DNA of 64,000 bases from Candidatus Sabulitectum sp. Its GTDB lineage: Bacteria > Fermentibacterota > Fermentibacteria > Fermentibacterales > JCC-6. Below the pieces are notes generated by a model that saw only the letters and a program-made list of their open reading frames with translations, was not told the DNA's origin and searched no databases. Within the stretch, counting starts at the first letter, position 1. Every line of letters begins with the position of its first letter. The translations under genes and the position numbers were made by a program. The stretch is taken from assembly GCA_029938555.1 (NCBI GenBank), contig JAOZUR010000005.1, positions 4,966 to 68,965 of the forward strand. Reading direction: 5' to 3'. Below, piece after piece: positions 1-10,096 of the stretch.

Positions 1-1146
1 CCCACAGTATGCGCCATGGATATTAATGAGGATCATGTTTGGTGTGAGATATGGTGGGATGGAACATGGGGTGGCTGGTATGTTGATACTGTGAATAACC
101 CTAATTGTGCTTATGACAGTGATTATGGTGGGTCTAAAGACTGCAGCTGTATCTGGAGCTGGAGAAATGATGGATTTACATGGGATGCTGTTGCGTATTA
201 CTCTCAATCATGTACATTTACTGTAACCGTAACAGATTCAGCAGGAGTTCCAGTTGATAATGCTACTGTTCAGTTGGCCAGTGAGGGATGGCAGACAAGC
301 ACTCTTTACAGAGCAACATGGGGGCAGACCGATCGTAACGGGCAGATAACCTTCATTCTTGGTGACAATCAAAATTATTACATGAATATCTCGTGTGCCC
401 TTGGTAACTATGTAGGGCCAGGAGGGTATGTTGAAGCTATCACCAATAGTGTTGCAGGCACAGACTATTTCTTCGAATGGAGTCCTCCTGATTTGATGCC
501 GGAACTTAATATGAACCAGTTAAGTGAAGGCTCAATGACAAAGTATCTTATTCAAGTTGAGTATGATCTGCCAGTTGATATAATGAATGGAAGAGATTAT
601 TACGCCAGTACAAGGTCGGAGTATGCCGAACCCCTTGAAAATGGTACTGCGGATTTCTTCATCGTTGATTCTGCCAATTGGGATCTGTATCAATCTGGGG
701 ATGAATTTGATTGTTATGAACCGATTTATGGACAAAGTTCAGGGGAAGTATGGTTTTATGCTCCTCACACCGACGATTGGTACATTGTGTTCAGTGGTGA
801 CAGACATCAGGGAGTGGAAACATTAGCAGATGCAACAATCACCCTCTGGGAGCATGACGGTACAGGAATTAGTGAGGGAGTTGTTTTAGGGCAGGTAGCA
901 TCTATTTTTCCTAATCCATGCGTGAATCAGGCTTCTGTTAGTTTTGCTACAGCAGCTCCTGGAATGGCAGAAGTGGTTCTTTACGACATTCATGGTAGAG
1001 TTGTTGAAACTCTTTGTAATGAAGTAATAGAGGCAGGTAATCACAACCTTCAATTGGAATCATCAGCTCTTTCCAGCGGTCTTTACTTCATGAAATTCAG
1101 CGGTGAAGGGCTGAACTCAATGAGGAGCGTTACAGTTCTTAAGTAA
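1..1146 (+). CDS. Secreted transglutaminase-like protein, 5'-truncated by the window edge, with type-A T9SS C-terminal sorting domain
   Basis: The frame is open from base 1, with no stop before the ATG at 16. DHVWCEIWWDG...WYVD resembles the His/Asp half of a transglutaminase core; the Cys half would lie upstream. The last ~80 aa (FPNPCVNQASVSF...LYDIHGRVV...GLYFMKF...VTVLK) match the CTD pattern shared by 7 other ORFs here. Confidence 0.6.
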   Translation, partial: PTVCAMDINEDHVWCEIWWDGTWGGWYVDTVNNPNCAYDSDYGGSKDCSCIWSWRNDGFTWDAVAYYSQSCTFTVTVTDSAGVPVDNATVQLASEGWQTSTLYRATWGQTDRNGQITFILGDNQNYYMNISCALGNYVGPGGYVEAITNSVAGTDYFFEWSPPDLMPELNMNQLSEGSMTKYLIQVEYDLPVDIMNGRDYYASTRSEYAEPLENGTADFFIVDSANWDLYQSGDEFDCYEPIYGQSSGEVWFYAPHTDDWYIVFSGDRHQGVETLADATITLWEHDGTGISEGVVLGQVASIFPNPCVNQASVSFATAAPGMAEVVLYDIHGRVVETLCNEVIEAGNHNLQLESSALSSGLYFMKFSGEGLNSMRSVTVLK

Positions 1147-1167
1147 ATTCCATGGAGAATAGATATA

Positions 1168-1200
1168 ACGGGGGAGCTTCGGTTCCCCCGTATTCTGTTT
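1168..1200 (+). terminator. Stem-loop after the truncated cargo gene
   Basis: ACGGGGGA-gcttcggt-TCCCCCGT forms an 8-bp GC-rich stem at 1168-1191, 22 nt after the stop. A weak T-rich tail follows. Confidence 0.5.
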
Positions 1201-1485
1201 AAGGCACATAGATTAGAAGGTTGTTGTTTGTTAACGCTTCAAATAAGTAGATAGCAGTAGGTCGTTTAATGGCGATATAGGTCGCTATGCTACTTCATAT
1301 GTTTGTTCGCTCTTAGTTTCTTTTGTCTTTTTGTTCTTTGCTGGTGTTACAATAGTATTTTTATCTGCTAATCACAAGAGGAAGCTCTTATTTATTCGTT
1401 TATCTATGAATCAACCCGTTTAATTCCTTTCGCCGGAGTTATGTTTCCAGTTTTTCGTAGAAGAATTTCATTTAAACAATACTGC

Positions 1486-1893
1486 TTATGGATGGATTAG
1501 CTTAAGTGATGGGAAATAGGTTTTATATCTTGCTACATCCCTGGTGATTAGATTAAAGTTCGATATAGATGCGTGTGCACCAATAAAGAAATCAGGTAAG
1601 GTAGATATTTTTGTGCCATGATTTTTTTTGTATTCAAGAAAGACTTTACCTGCCAAGAAAAGAGCTTCACGGGGAATTTCAATTACATTTATAGTGCTGC
1701 ATTTAGAGATTGCTCTTTCAACTTCCTCAATTTTATTGAAGCCAATTGATACCTCTGTATAGACAATCGAATTTATGTATAATGTATTTGTTTGAGAGTA
1801 TTTATCTAAAATTTTTTCTGACCAATTTGCCCAAATGGGATCGTCAGTAAACAAATCCAGCAAGACACAGGAGTCAATTAATATGCCATTCAT
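1486..1893 (-). CDS. vapC: PIN-domain toxin (VapC family)
   Basis: 135 aa. The N-terminal ILIDSCVLLDLF carries the PIN acidic motif, with further conserved acidic residues downstream. It starts 1 nt after the stop of an AbrB-type antitoxin gene. Confidence 0.8.
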   Translation of the reverse strand: MNGILIDSCVLLDLFTDDPIWANWSEKILDKYSQTNTLYINSIVYTEVSIGFNKIEEVERAISKCSTINVIEIPREALFLAGKVFLEYKKNHGTKISTLPDFFIGAHASISNFNLITRDVARYKTYFPSLKLIHP

Positions 1894-1894
1894 A

Positions 1895-2113
1895 CTATTC
1901 TCTAGTGAGAGTCATGATTTCATCTGTTGTCATTTTAACGGTAGCTATCCCACGTAGTTTATTAAACTTCCCAGTTACTGTAGGTTCAGTGATTCTAACG
2001 ATGTAAAATCTACCGTTGTTCTCTCTAAAATCAATATCAGTTCCAGGTTTGATTCCCAATTCTTCTCTTACATTTTTGGGAATTGTAACTTGTCCTTTTG
2101 CAGTAACATGCAT
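1895..2113 (-). CDS. vapB: AbrB/SpoVT-MazE-type antitoxin (VapB)
   Basis: 72 aa. AKGQVTIPKNVREELGIKPGTDIDF is the swapped-hairpin AbrB/SpoVT motif. A GGAGGTG SD lies upstream, and the gene sits directly upstream of the PIN gene. Confidence 0.8.
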   Translation of the reverse strand: MHVTAKGQVTIPKNVREELGIKPGTDIDFRENNGRFYIVRITEPTVTGKFNKLRGIATVKMTTDEIMTLTRE

Positions 2114-2136
2114 AGTTCACCTCCAAGTTGAACATT

Positions 2137-2157
2137 GTAATACCAATATAGTATTAC
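2137..2157 (-). promoter_or_regulatory. Inverted repeat in the vapBC promoter region (candidate VapB operator)
   Basis: GTAATAC-N7-GTATTAC lies 24-44 nt upstream of the vapB ATG and overlaps TATATT/TACAAT -10-like hexamers on the minus strand. Confidence 0.45.
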
Positions 2158-2391
2158 TTCATTGACTTTGCAAGGTTACTTCTTTTTCACAATCATCCAG
2201 GTAATTGCAAGCGAACAAGAGTTGACTACATGAAAATTCATTTTCCTAATTGATGGTTATCTCAAGAAATATTAGAACCAACAGTAGAAATGATTTCTGC
2301 TATAAATAAGAGGCTGAATTTCTTCTTTGCTATGGGTTAACCTCTTCAAGAAATAACACTTCTTTGAATGAACAGATAATTACCAGCTGAA

Positions 2392-2808
2392 TCAATTTGC
2401 AGGTAATGCTGCGGCTTTGCTTGTATTGAAATAGTAGTGTTCTTTGATAGTGAGTAAACCAAGATAGTACAGGAATGATTTAAACTTGTCTTGTTCTACT
2501 ATGTCACTAAGGGCAAAGCTATGAATGAGAGTTGTTTTTGTCTGACCTGTTTCAACAATATCAGCAAGGATTGAAAAGTTACCGTTAAGCTCTTTTTCAT
2601 CAAAAATCATATCACGAATTGTCCAGTAACCTGTTCTTACATTCTCATCTATTAAATTACTTGGAATCTTCTTTTCTTGAGAGTACTTATTGAAAAAATA
2701 TAGAATCTGTGTTGTGTTATATACTTTTTCGTTAGTATTCTTTGAGAAGCAATAATTATTGTAGTATTGCTGAAGAATGCTTAAAATTATTCCCTTTCTT
2801 AATTTCCA
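2392..2808 (-). pseudogene. Remnant of an AAA-ATPase-like / PD-(D/E)XK (DUF1703-type) protein gene
   Basis: The frame stays open upstream of the annotated Met back to a stop at 2809-2811, with no plausible start. The translated ...QQYYNNYCFSKNTNEKVYNTTQILYFF...FKSFLYYLGLLTI resembles only the middle part of these normally ~500-aa proteins. Confidence 0.5.
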
Positions 2809-2867
2809 TTAATGATTTATATTGATATATGTGATTAGTTGTAATAAAATATCTAGAATGCTATAAC

Positions 2868-3743
2868 TTGTTTAAAGGGGGCTTTATAGTGAAATTTCGT
2901 AGTGTTTTTTTGTTAGCAATTTTTGTTTCACTTGTTTTTGCAACGGACAACGACGGATACAATCCAATAGCCTCAACTGCTCCAGTTAATACTCAAGACA
3001 CTGATGAAGTGTCACTAACAATTGTAAATAGTTTTGAGGCTGGACAGCAGGTTCTAGGGTTAGACAGTTATTCTGCTGGAACAAGCAACTATATACTCGG
3101 AGTTTGCAGAAACAATTCAGAAGTGATAACTTATGATTTAGCTGGAACTATTACTGGTACAATAGCTTTAGATGCTAGCAACACCAATTGTTTTGGTTAT
3201 GTCTGGAATGATTCACCCAGTGCAGACATTCATCATACAAATGACTGGGTAAATACTAACTTATTCACAACAGATGATTTGGGTTCATCATGGACAACTT
3301 CTCTAAATCCAGCAACCTATCAGGGGCGAGGAATGGACTTTGACGGTACTTATTACTGGGAAACAACACTAGCAGCTCTTTGGCGTTTTCAGCCAGGTAG
3401 TGCTGCAATAGAAATTCCTGTTACAGGAATTCCAGGGCCGTTAACTGGTTTAACTACTTTTCCTTACGGTGCTAATTTAGGCATCGCCGTAACTACTTAT
3501 AATATTCATAATATCTATTTCTTTGAATGGGATGGTTCTTCATTATCAAGCCTTGGTTATGCAGCATGCCCTGGAACAAACATTAGCTCTACCGGTTCTT
3601 ATGGATTAACCTATAATCCAACTACAGGTAGCATGTTTTGGTCGTATAAAAACACAAGTGATGAGTTTTTTATTGTAGAGTTTACATTCTCAATCACTTC
3701 TCTTGAACGCTCAAGCTGGGGATCAATTAAATCTATTTTTTAG
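2868..3743 (+). CDS. Secreted hypothetical protein, first gene of the cargo operon; no T9SS CTD
   Basis: Signal peptide KFRSVFLLAIFVSLVFA. The likelier start is GTG 2889, 8 nt after AAAGGGGG. No recognisable catalytic motif. It ends ...SSWGSIKSIF instead of the CTD. Confidence 0.6.
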   Translation: MFKGGFIVKFRSVFLLAIFVSLVFATDNDGYNPIASTAPVNTQDTDEVSLTIVNSFEAGQQVLGLDSYSAGTSNYILGVCRNNSEVITYDLAGTITGTIALDASNTNCFGYVWNDSPSADIHHTNDWVNTNLFTTDDLGSSWTTSLNPATYQGRGMDFDGTYYWETTLAALWRFQPGSAAIEIPVTGIPGPLTGLTTFPYGANLGIAVTTYNIHNIYFFEWDGSSLSSLGYAACPGTNISSTGSYGLTYNPTTGSMFWSYKNTSDEFFIVEFTFSITSLERSSWGSIKSIF

Positions 3744-3772
3744 GATAGTACTAGCAAAAAAGGGAGGATCAT

Positions 3773-5836
3773 TTGTTTTTAGTGATTTTATTGGCAGTAC
3801 TTAATGTTCCGATTGGTATTCATGACAATGCTCTTCTAAGTACCGATTTTTCCGGTTCAATTCTTGTGTGTAATCAAGATACAATCTCAACTGAACGGGG
3901 TTCTGGAAGAAATATTGTTTCTGTTGGTAATGATCTGTTCTGGAAGCAATGTCCGTCAGGAGAGAAACAGGCAATAGTAAGCCTTAACACAGGTGAGATA
4001 TTCAGTGCAGAATTTTTTAGCGGTCCTTATTCTTTTGAGAACGGATTACTTGTTTCTATTCCAAATGAAATTCTTATTCTGAGTTATGCCGGTTCTATTG
4101 TAAATTCTTACTGGATTGGTGAATACCCTGGAAGCTTAGCGTCCAGCAATGAATACGTTTGGTTTGTCTCTTCAGAAACAGGTGAATTGAAACAGCTAGA
4201 CATATTTACAGAACAGATCAGTACTGTTAATTTATCATTTACTCCCACATCAGTTCAATATGCCGGTTCTTCTCTTCTACTTGGCTGTTCTACCGGAGGT
4301 TACAGAGTTATTGACTTAGATAGTGAGAGTGTTATTCTATTAGAAAATGCTTTTTTTGCTTATTTTTCTCATGAAAATGAAATTACCTTCTTAAGGCATA
4401 AAACTGCAAGTGGTTGTGAAACCATAGAATGGGAAACTGTATTAGTAAACATCTTCACTGGACAAGAAATGGTTATTGATGAAATTAGTGAAATAGCCTT
4501 GTTTTCTACTTCTGTTTCTACCACAGATGATCCAAATGCACATTTTGATGTGCCATACATACACCAGAGATGGGATACGCCTGACTGGTTTGATGGTAGC
4601 TGGAGTTGTGGCCCTACATCCTGTATGATGGCGGTGCAGTACTACAATCGTTTAACCCCTGATTCTATCTGGTGCAGTTACCCAACAGGCCACTGGAGTG
4701 AGTGGGGAAACTATATTCCAACTGAATATACTTTTTTAGGTCACACTTATGATATTTTGGGAGAAGCGCCAGATGAGGTGTGGGTGCCGGGAGCACACGG
4801 TTTTATATGTAGGGGGTATCAAGGTGCTGGCTGGAACGAGATGATTTCATGGTTAGATCAGCACGGCCTTACTTCCCAATGGCTTGGAACAACTTGGAGT
4901 GCCTGTACATCAGAGCTTGATAATTCATGGACAGTTGTAGCATCAACAACAAGCCCATATACAGGGGGGCACATTCTTTTGTTTAATGGTTATTATTCAA
5001 ACCATTCTGTGATCTGTAACGACTCTTTTGGCAATCAGAATCTTCCTGGCTGGGGTACAATGAGGAATGGTAAGGATGTTGTTTATGATTGGCCGGGATA
5101 CAATAACGGAAATACAATGCTTGGAATTTCTCAGTTGTTTGCAGCTCGTTCTGAACCACTTACTGTTGCAGATGAATTAATTGATGACAGGTCTTTGGGT
5201 TACAGGAAACTTGGTTCCTCGTTGTATTGGCATGAACAGGAAACAGGTTTTGACGGTTACTCTTGGTGGACCTATTCTACAGCTGCACTTCCAGATACCT
5301 GCTGGGTTGAATGGAATCCAGTATTGCCTTCTGAGGCGTGGTATAATGTTGAAACTTTTATCCCATCTTCACATGCAACAGCCACAGGTATTTATCATAT
5401 CAATACAACTTCAGGCTGGGAAACTGTTTCTTTAAACCAGAATAACCATTCAAATGAATGGGTTGAAATAGGGGCATTTTATCTTTCACCTTCATTAGCT
5501 CAGGTTAAAATGGGAGATTACACCGGAACAGGTGGTCAGTACATTTCATTTGATGCAATTAGATTCACAATACAAACATCAATAGATGAAGATAATGTGT
5601 CAGATGTATTTACAGATTTTTCTGTTTCGCAAAATCCGGTAACAAATACTTTACCTTTTTCTTTTAATCTTCCGAATAGTTTTATTGGAAGTGTTAAGAT
5701 TTTTGATATGAATGGTAGGCTGGTTTTAACCACTGAATCACAAGTACCGGCAGATTTTCTTTCTCCAGGACTTTACCATGCGGTTATAGGCAATCAGAAT
5801 AACATAAACTCAATCAGATTTACAGTAATAGAATAA
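3773..5836 (+). CDS. Secreted C39-like (papain-fold) cysteine peptidase domain protein with golvesin-C-like domain and T9SS CTD
   Basis: TTG start 5 nt after AGGGAGGA. WSCGPTSCMMAVQYY (Cys) and TGGHILLFNGY (His) fit peptidase_C39-like domains. The pattern W..W.P.LP..AWYNV..FIP.....A...Y.I....GW..V.LNQ......W..IG.F......V.......G.YISFDAIRF fits a golvesin/Xly-type domain. C-terminal CTD: QNPVTNTL...IFDMNGRLV...GLYHAVI. Confidence 0.6.
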   Translation: MFLVILLAVLNVPIGIHDNALLSTDFSGSILVCNQDTISTERGSGRNIVSVGNDLFWKQCPSGEKQAIVSLNTGEIFSAEFFSGPYSFENGLLVSIPNEILILSYAGSIVNSYWIGEYPGSLASSNEYVWFVSSETGELKQLDIFTEQISTVNLSFTPTSVQYAGSSLLLGCSTGGYRVIDLDSESVILLENAFFAYFSHENEITFLRHKTASGCETIEWETVLVNIFTGQEMVIDEISEIALFSTSVSTTDDPNAHFDVPYIHQRWDTPDWFDGSWSCGPTSCMMAVQYYNRLTPDSIWCSYPTGHWSEWGNYIPTEYTFLGHTYDILGEAPDEVWVPGAHGFICRGYQGAGWNEMISWLDQHGLTSQWLGTTWSACTSELDNSWTVVASTTSPYTGGHILLFNGYYSNHSVICNDSFGNQNLPGWGTMRNGKDVVYDWPGYNNGNTMLGISQLFAARSEPLTVADELIDDRSLGYRKLGSSLYWHEQETGFDGYSWWTYSTAALPDTCWVEWNPVLPSEAWYNVETFIPSSHATATGIYHINTTSGWETVSLNQNNHSNEWVEIGAFYLSPSLAQVKMGDYTGTGGQYISFDAIRFTIQTSIDEDNVSDVFTDFSVSQNPVTNTLPFSFNLPNSFIGSVKIFDMNGRLVLTTESQVPADFLSPGLYHAVIGNQNNINSIRFTVIE

Positions 5837-5852
5837 ACAGGGAAGGATTTTT

Positions 5853-8381
5853 ATGCTTTTTGTAGCGCTAGTTATGGCAACCTTATCACCGATGGGTGAC
5901 TGTGATATAAACCTTGAACATTATGATGTTTCCAGTGGAGTTTCAGTAGACATGCTTCTTCCAGCCCATCTTTTGGTAGAAACAACTGAAGAGATAGAAC
6001 CGGGCATTCTTCCTGAAGGTGATTACCTTTATGATTTGGCCTGGTCGGCAGATGGGCAAACCGTTCTTGTTGCAAACTATATAACGAAGAATCTTTCACT
6101 TATCAGTCAGGCTTCAGGAACTGTTATTGCGGATATACCAACAAACGGTCTTAGACCGGGAGCAGTAGCTACCTGTGCCAACTATACTGTTACCGCTTTT
6201 CCATTTGATGATCTGGTGGCGATTACTGATGAAACAGGAACCATGCTTGGCACGGTGAGTACCGGTGAGCAGCCATGGAGAATTGTATTCAGCCCAGATG
6301 GGGAAACAGCATACATAGGGTGCGATATTAATGATGAATGTTTAGTTATAGATTTATCAACTCAAACTGTTTTACAAACAATTGAGAACTTTCCATTCTG
6401 GCTTCAAACCTTTGGCTGGGGTTCGGAATCACCAAGAAACTACATAACTTTCAGTACTTTTACCGTAACAGAAGATGGTGAATACTTAACAGTTCCAAAC
6501 GGTGAAGATGCTGTTTTATTCTTTAATACAACAACAGGTTTGGTTGATCACACTGTTAATGTACCAGATGCGAATTCAGTTGCCCTTTCCGGTGATGGCA
6601 GCAAACTTATTGTTATGGCGGCAACCTCTAATGTTACCCTTTATCAGATTGATATTGCATCATTTGCAGTAACTGAATCTGTAACTGTAACTGGTAATTC
6701 TCCTGGAATGACAAGAGAGATAGCGGTGAATCAGGATGGTACTAAAGCTTATATATCCACATCTAATAACACATCAACTCTTGTGAATTTTACCAATCAA
6801 AATTTTACCCAATTCACAAGTACCTACTCTGCTTTCTGGACAGGTGCGAACTTCGACCACACACTTGCAATAAGCGGTCAGTACCGGTTTAGTGTTATCG
6901 ACTTTGAAACAGAAACAATGGTAGCACAATATCAGGGTAACTCGCAGTACCTTGGAGAAACTTCACCTGTGGCTAATCTTGCAGCAGGTATGAACCCTGT
7001 GGGTCATGAAGGTTTATATTTTTATTCCTTCACTAACTCATCAGTAAATTATTTGGGTGATGTTCTTTCCGGCTCGCCTGTGGAAGGTGATGCTCCACGC
7101 AGAGTTGCAATTTCACCAGACGGTAACTGGGCGGTTGTTTCAAATACATTAAGTGATAATGCCTCTTTGATTGATCTTAATGCTCTTCAGACAATAGCAG
7201 TTCTGGATATTGGTGACAGGGTTCAGAATGTTAAATTTACCCCTGACTCCAGATATGCAGTTATCTGTGGTTTCAATAGCAACTCAATTAAAATAATCGA
7301 TACGCAGACAGCTACTGTTGTAGCAAATGTACCAACAGGAACAAGACCGGGAGTTATTGACATAAATCATGACGGAACAATGGCTTGTGTTGGCAATATT
7401 TCATCAAATACCGTTTCCTTTGTAGAACTGAATGGTGCAGCGAGTACAGAAGTAGCTGAAAAAAGTTGTGGTACTATTGGTGTGACATGGGCCGGTTATG
7501 GTGTTTCAAGTGGAGTAGTTATTTCCCCTGACGGTTCAATCGTTCTTGTATGTGACAGCTTCAATGATAACATCAGGTTATACAGCATGAGTGATTACAC
7601 CGAGATAGCAGTTATTCCTGTAGGTGATTTTCCTCTGCAGGCTGCTTTTAACGCAGACGGTAGCAGGGCAATGGTTACCTGCTACACAGATGACAAAGTT
7701 TATTTACTTGATATAGATGGAGCCTCTTCATCTGTTCTGGGTAATTGGGCTTCCGGTGATGGTCCATTAAGAATCGCCTATGACCAGACAGAGAACAAGT
7801 TTGCAGTAGGACTGATTATGGATGATCAGGTGCGGTTCTATAGTGCCGAAGATGGTGCGTATCTGGGAATGGAAAGTTTCCCTGAAGGAGTTCTCCAACC
7901 AGCTTTTGCTCAAAATGGAGACTTGTTTACTCTTACTAGCAGTTCATCTTCTAATGCTTCACGATTATACCGTGAATCAGATTTTACTGAGCTTCCTGCA
8001 ACAGGTTGCACTTTTGACTACAACAATGCCACAAATCGTGTTGTCATAGCAATTCCAGGGCCAGACATTGCTTATGTTATCCAATACACCACAGAAGGTA
8101 TTGAAACCAATCCAATTTCTTTATCAAATATTGTTTCTGTTAACCCTAATCCGGTAGTTTCGAATCAAGTGACATTCGGTTTTACTTTAGCAGAACAGAC
8201 TATCGGTGAACTTGCAATTTTTGATCTGACAGGGCGAAAAGTTACAGAGATTGATTCAGGCGATTTCTCGGCAGGTACAAATTCTATTACAACCACCACA
8301 AATCTCCCTACTGGAACTTATGCTGTTAAATTTTCTGCACCGAATACAACCATTATCGGTAGATTTTCAATTATCAATTAA
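5853..8381 (+). CDS. Secreted multi-bladed beta-propeller repeat protein (YVTN/YncE-like) with T9SS CTD
   Basis: Repeated (F/I)SPDG..A(Y/V)(V/I).. blades: FSPDGETAYIGC, ISPDGNWAVVSN, FTPDSRYAVICG, INHDGTMACVGN, ISPDGSIVLVCD, FNADGSRAMVTC. CTD: NPNPVVSNQVTF...IFDLTGRKV...GTYAVKF. Confidence 0.65.
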   Translation: MLFVALVMATLSPMGDCDINLEHYDVSSGVSVDMLLPAHLLVETTEEIEPGILPEGDYLYDLAWSADGQTVLVANYITKNLSLISQASGTVIADIPTNGLRPGAVATCANYTVTAFPFDDLVAITDETGTMLGTVSTGEQPWRIVFSPDGETAYIGCDINDECLVIDLSTQTVLQTIENFPFWLQTFGWGSESPRNYITFSTFTVTEDGEYLTVPNGEDAVLFFNTTTGLVDHTVNVPDANSVALSGDGSKLIVMAATSNVTLYQIDIASFAVTESVTVTGNSPGMTREIAVNQDGTKAYISTSNNTSTLVNFTNQNFTQFTSTYSAFWTGANFDHTLAISGQYRFSVIDFETETMVAQYQGNSQYLGETSPVANLAAGMNPVGHEGLYFYSFTNSSVNYLGDVLSGSPVEGDAPRRVAISPDGNWAVVSNTLSDNASLIDLNALQTIAVLDIGDRVQNVKFTPDSRYAVICGFNSNSIKIIDTQTATVVANVPTGTRPGVIDINHDGTMACVGNISSNTVSFVELNGAASTEVAEKSCGTIGVTWAGYGVSSGVVISPDGSIVLVCDSFNDNIRLYSMSDYTEIAVIPVGDFPLQAAFNADGSRAMVTCYTDDKVYLLDIDGASSSVLGNWASGDGPLRIAYDQTENKFAVGLIMDDQVRFYSAEDGAYLGMESFPEGVLQPAFAQNGDLFTLTSSSSSNASRLYRESDFTELPATGCTFDYNNATNRVVIAIPGPDIAYVIQYTTEGIETNPISLSNIVSVNPNPVVSNQVTFGFTLAEQTIGELAIFDLTGRKVTEIDSGDFSAGTNSITTTTNLPTGTYAVKFSAPNTTIIGRFSIIN

Positions 8382-8390
8382 GGAGATAAA

Positions 8391-10067
8391 ATGAAATCAT
8401 TATTTGTGTCTCTAATTTGTGTTTTTACAGTTTTGGCAGCACCAGTTTCAAGAACGATACTGGTATCTACAGAAGCTGGTGACTTTTATGAAAGCGAGTA
8501 CTCTGATTTGACTTTTCAAACGGAAATTCAATCAACTCCTTCACTTCTTGAAGCCCCAGAAATTCTTTGGCATTTCTCTGATCCAGATGGCCCTCTGCAA
8601 AAAAATGCATATCTAAACTATAACTATGAACATGTTTTTTCTGGTGGCTGGTACAGCCCTGGAACACTTTACGACGGGTACAGTGGTGATGGTAACATTA
8701 TCTGGCAGGTTGACGAACCGGAACTCGAGCCAGATGAGTATTGCCAATGGCTCAGAACTGGTGTAGCAGCTGCTAAAACAACAGATATTTTTTATCAGGC
8801 GCAGATGTGGAATGTTTATAACAACAATGGCACACCAGACGACTATTCAGATGATTTTATGGTTTCCGAAGGCAACACTTCCGTTAAAATGTTTACTTCT
8901 GCTTCAGAAACCCCAGTTTGGAGTTATCAAGAAAACGGTGGGTCTGGAGCATTTATAGCTGCATGGATTGATAGCCCCGGTAAAGTTGCCTGTTCTGACG
9001 ATGGCTCTATTTTTGCCATATCTGGAACGATAGATGATCATCTGGCTGTTTACTTTTTCCATTCTGATGGTACCGCTCCGTATCTTACTTATGAAAATAC
9101 AGATAGATTTAATGCTCCCCGCCAGGTGAGGTTAACAGCAGATGGCTCAAAGTGTATTTTTAGAGAAAATGGTAAGCTTTTTCGAGTAGACACTGCTACA
9201 GGTGTTTTGGAAGATACGCATACCCTTGAAGCCTCAGCAGATTGTTTTGCCATCTCACCAGATGGTTCAGTAGTGGCTTATGGTTATGTCAATGCAAGAA
9301 TAGCCACCTGGGATGGTTCAAATTACACAACTGTTGTAACACATTCTGTTCCTTCTCATTATGGTGGTGCAGCAGTTATAGCTGCTGATAATGAAACTGT
9401 TTATTTTGGTTTTCGAAGATCATCTTCTTTGGGAAACAGAATCCTTCGATTTGATGTTTCAAGCTCAACACCAGTATGGACTTATGACTATCCAATAGGC
9501 TCGGGTATTCTGCAGGATGGAATTAAATGGTTAGATTGTTCAGATGATGGGGAATGGGTAATTGCTGGCTCATGGGGATGTGAAACTGGTGGAGGTAATG
9601 AGGTTCAGGTATTCAGTGATGATGACCCTACCTCTCCTGTTTTTACAATCAATACGCCAGGCTCAATGTACCATGTGGATATGAGTGCAGATGGGCGATA
9701 TGCAATTGCTGTTGGAAAAAATGTTCATGCAAATGTTAATGGAGCAGGAACTGATCTGTACTACATAAATATTAGTGACATGGGCATTGAAAGCCCACCA
9801 GTTACTAATACAATGCAAATTTTTTCCATATCTCCCAATCCGGTGATTAATCAATTTACAGTAGAGTTCTTTATGCCAATGGAAAGTACTGTGGCTATCA
9901 GGCTTTTTGACCTGTCCGGTAGAATGGTTCATGAGCTTGCACAGCAAAGTTTATCTGAAGGTTTACATAGTATATTATTATCAACGGATTTGAATACAGG
10001 AATCTATTTTTGCAATATTGAAACAAATGGTAGTACGGCAACAACAAAACTGGTAATAACGAATTAA
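8391..10067 (+). CDS. Secreted beta-propeller-like protein with T9SS CTD (paralog A)
   Basis: Signal peptide MKSLFVSLICVFTVLA. Long blocks shared with the next ORF include CFAISPDGSVVAYG, ARIATWDGS, LRFDVSSSTPVWTYD, WLDCSDDGEW and TPGSMYHVDMS. CTD: SPNPVINQFTVEF...LFDLSGRMV...GIYFCNI. Confidence 0.6.
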   Translation: MKSLFVSLICVFTVLAAPVSRTILVSTEAGDFYESEYSDLTFQTEIQSTPSLLEAPEILWHFSDPDGPLQKNAYLNYNYEHVFSGGWYSPGTLYDGYSGDGNIIWQVDEPELEPDEYCQWLRTGVAAAKTTDIFYQAQMWNVYNNNGTPDDYSDDFMVSEGNTSVKMFTSASETPVWSYQENGGSGAFIAAWIDSPGKVACSDDGSIFAISGTIDDHLAVYFFHSDGTAPYLTYENTDRFNAPRQVRLTADGSKCIFRENGKLFRVDTATGVLEDTHTLEASADCFAISPDGSVVAYGYVNARIATWDGSNYTTVVTHSVPSHYGGAAVIAADNETVYFGFRRSSSLGNRILRFDVSSSTPVWTYDYPIGSGILQDGIKWLDCSDDGEWVIAGSWGCETGGGNEVQVFSDDDPTSPVFTINTPGSMYHVDMSADGRYAIAVGKNVHANVNGAGTDLYYINISDMGIESPPVTNTMQIFSISPNPVINQFTVEFFMPMESTVAIRLFDLSGRMVHELAQQSLSEGLHSILLSTDLNTGIYFCNIETNGSTATTKLVITN

Positions 10068-10096
10068 AATTAGAATTAGAACCAGGAAAGGAATTC

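Noticed and set aside
532-826. Short ORFs nested inside or antisense to large genes
   Set aside because: Examples are 532-735, 587-826, 4369-4560, 5872-6099, 9663-10098, 10204-11495, 20093-20652, 34564-37907, 53097-54934 and 58329-59657. All lie within longer ORFs that have clear family motifs, and they show biased, low-complexity or Cys/His-rich translations typical of frame shadows.
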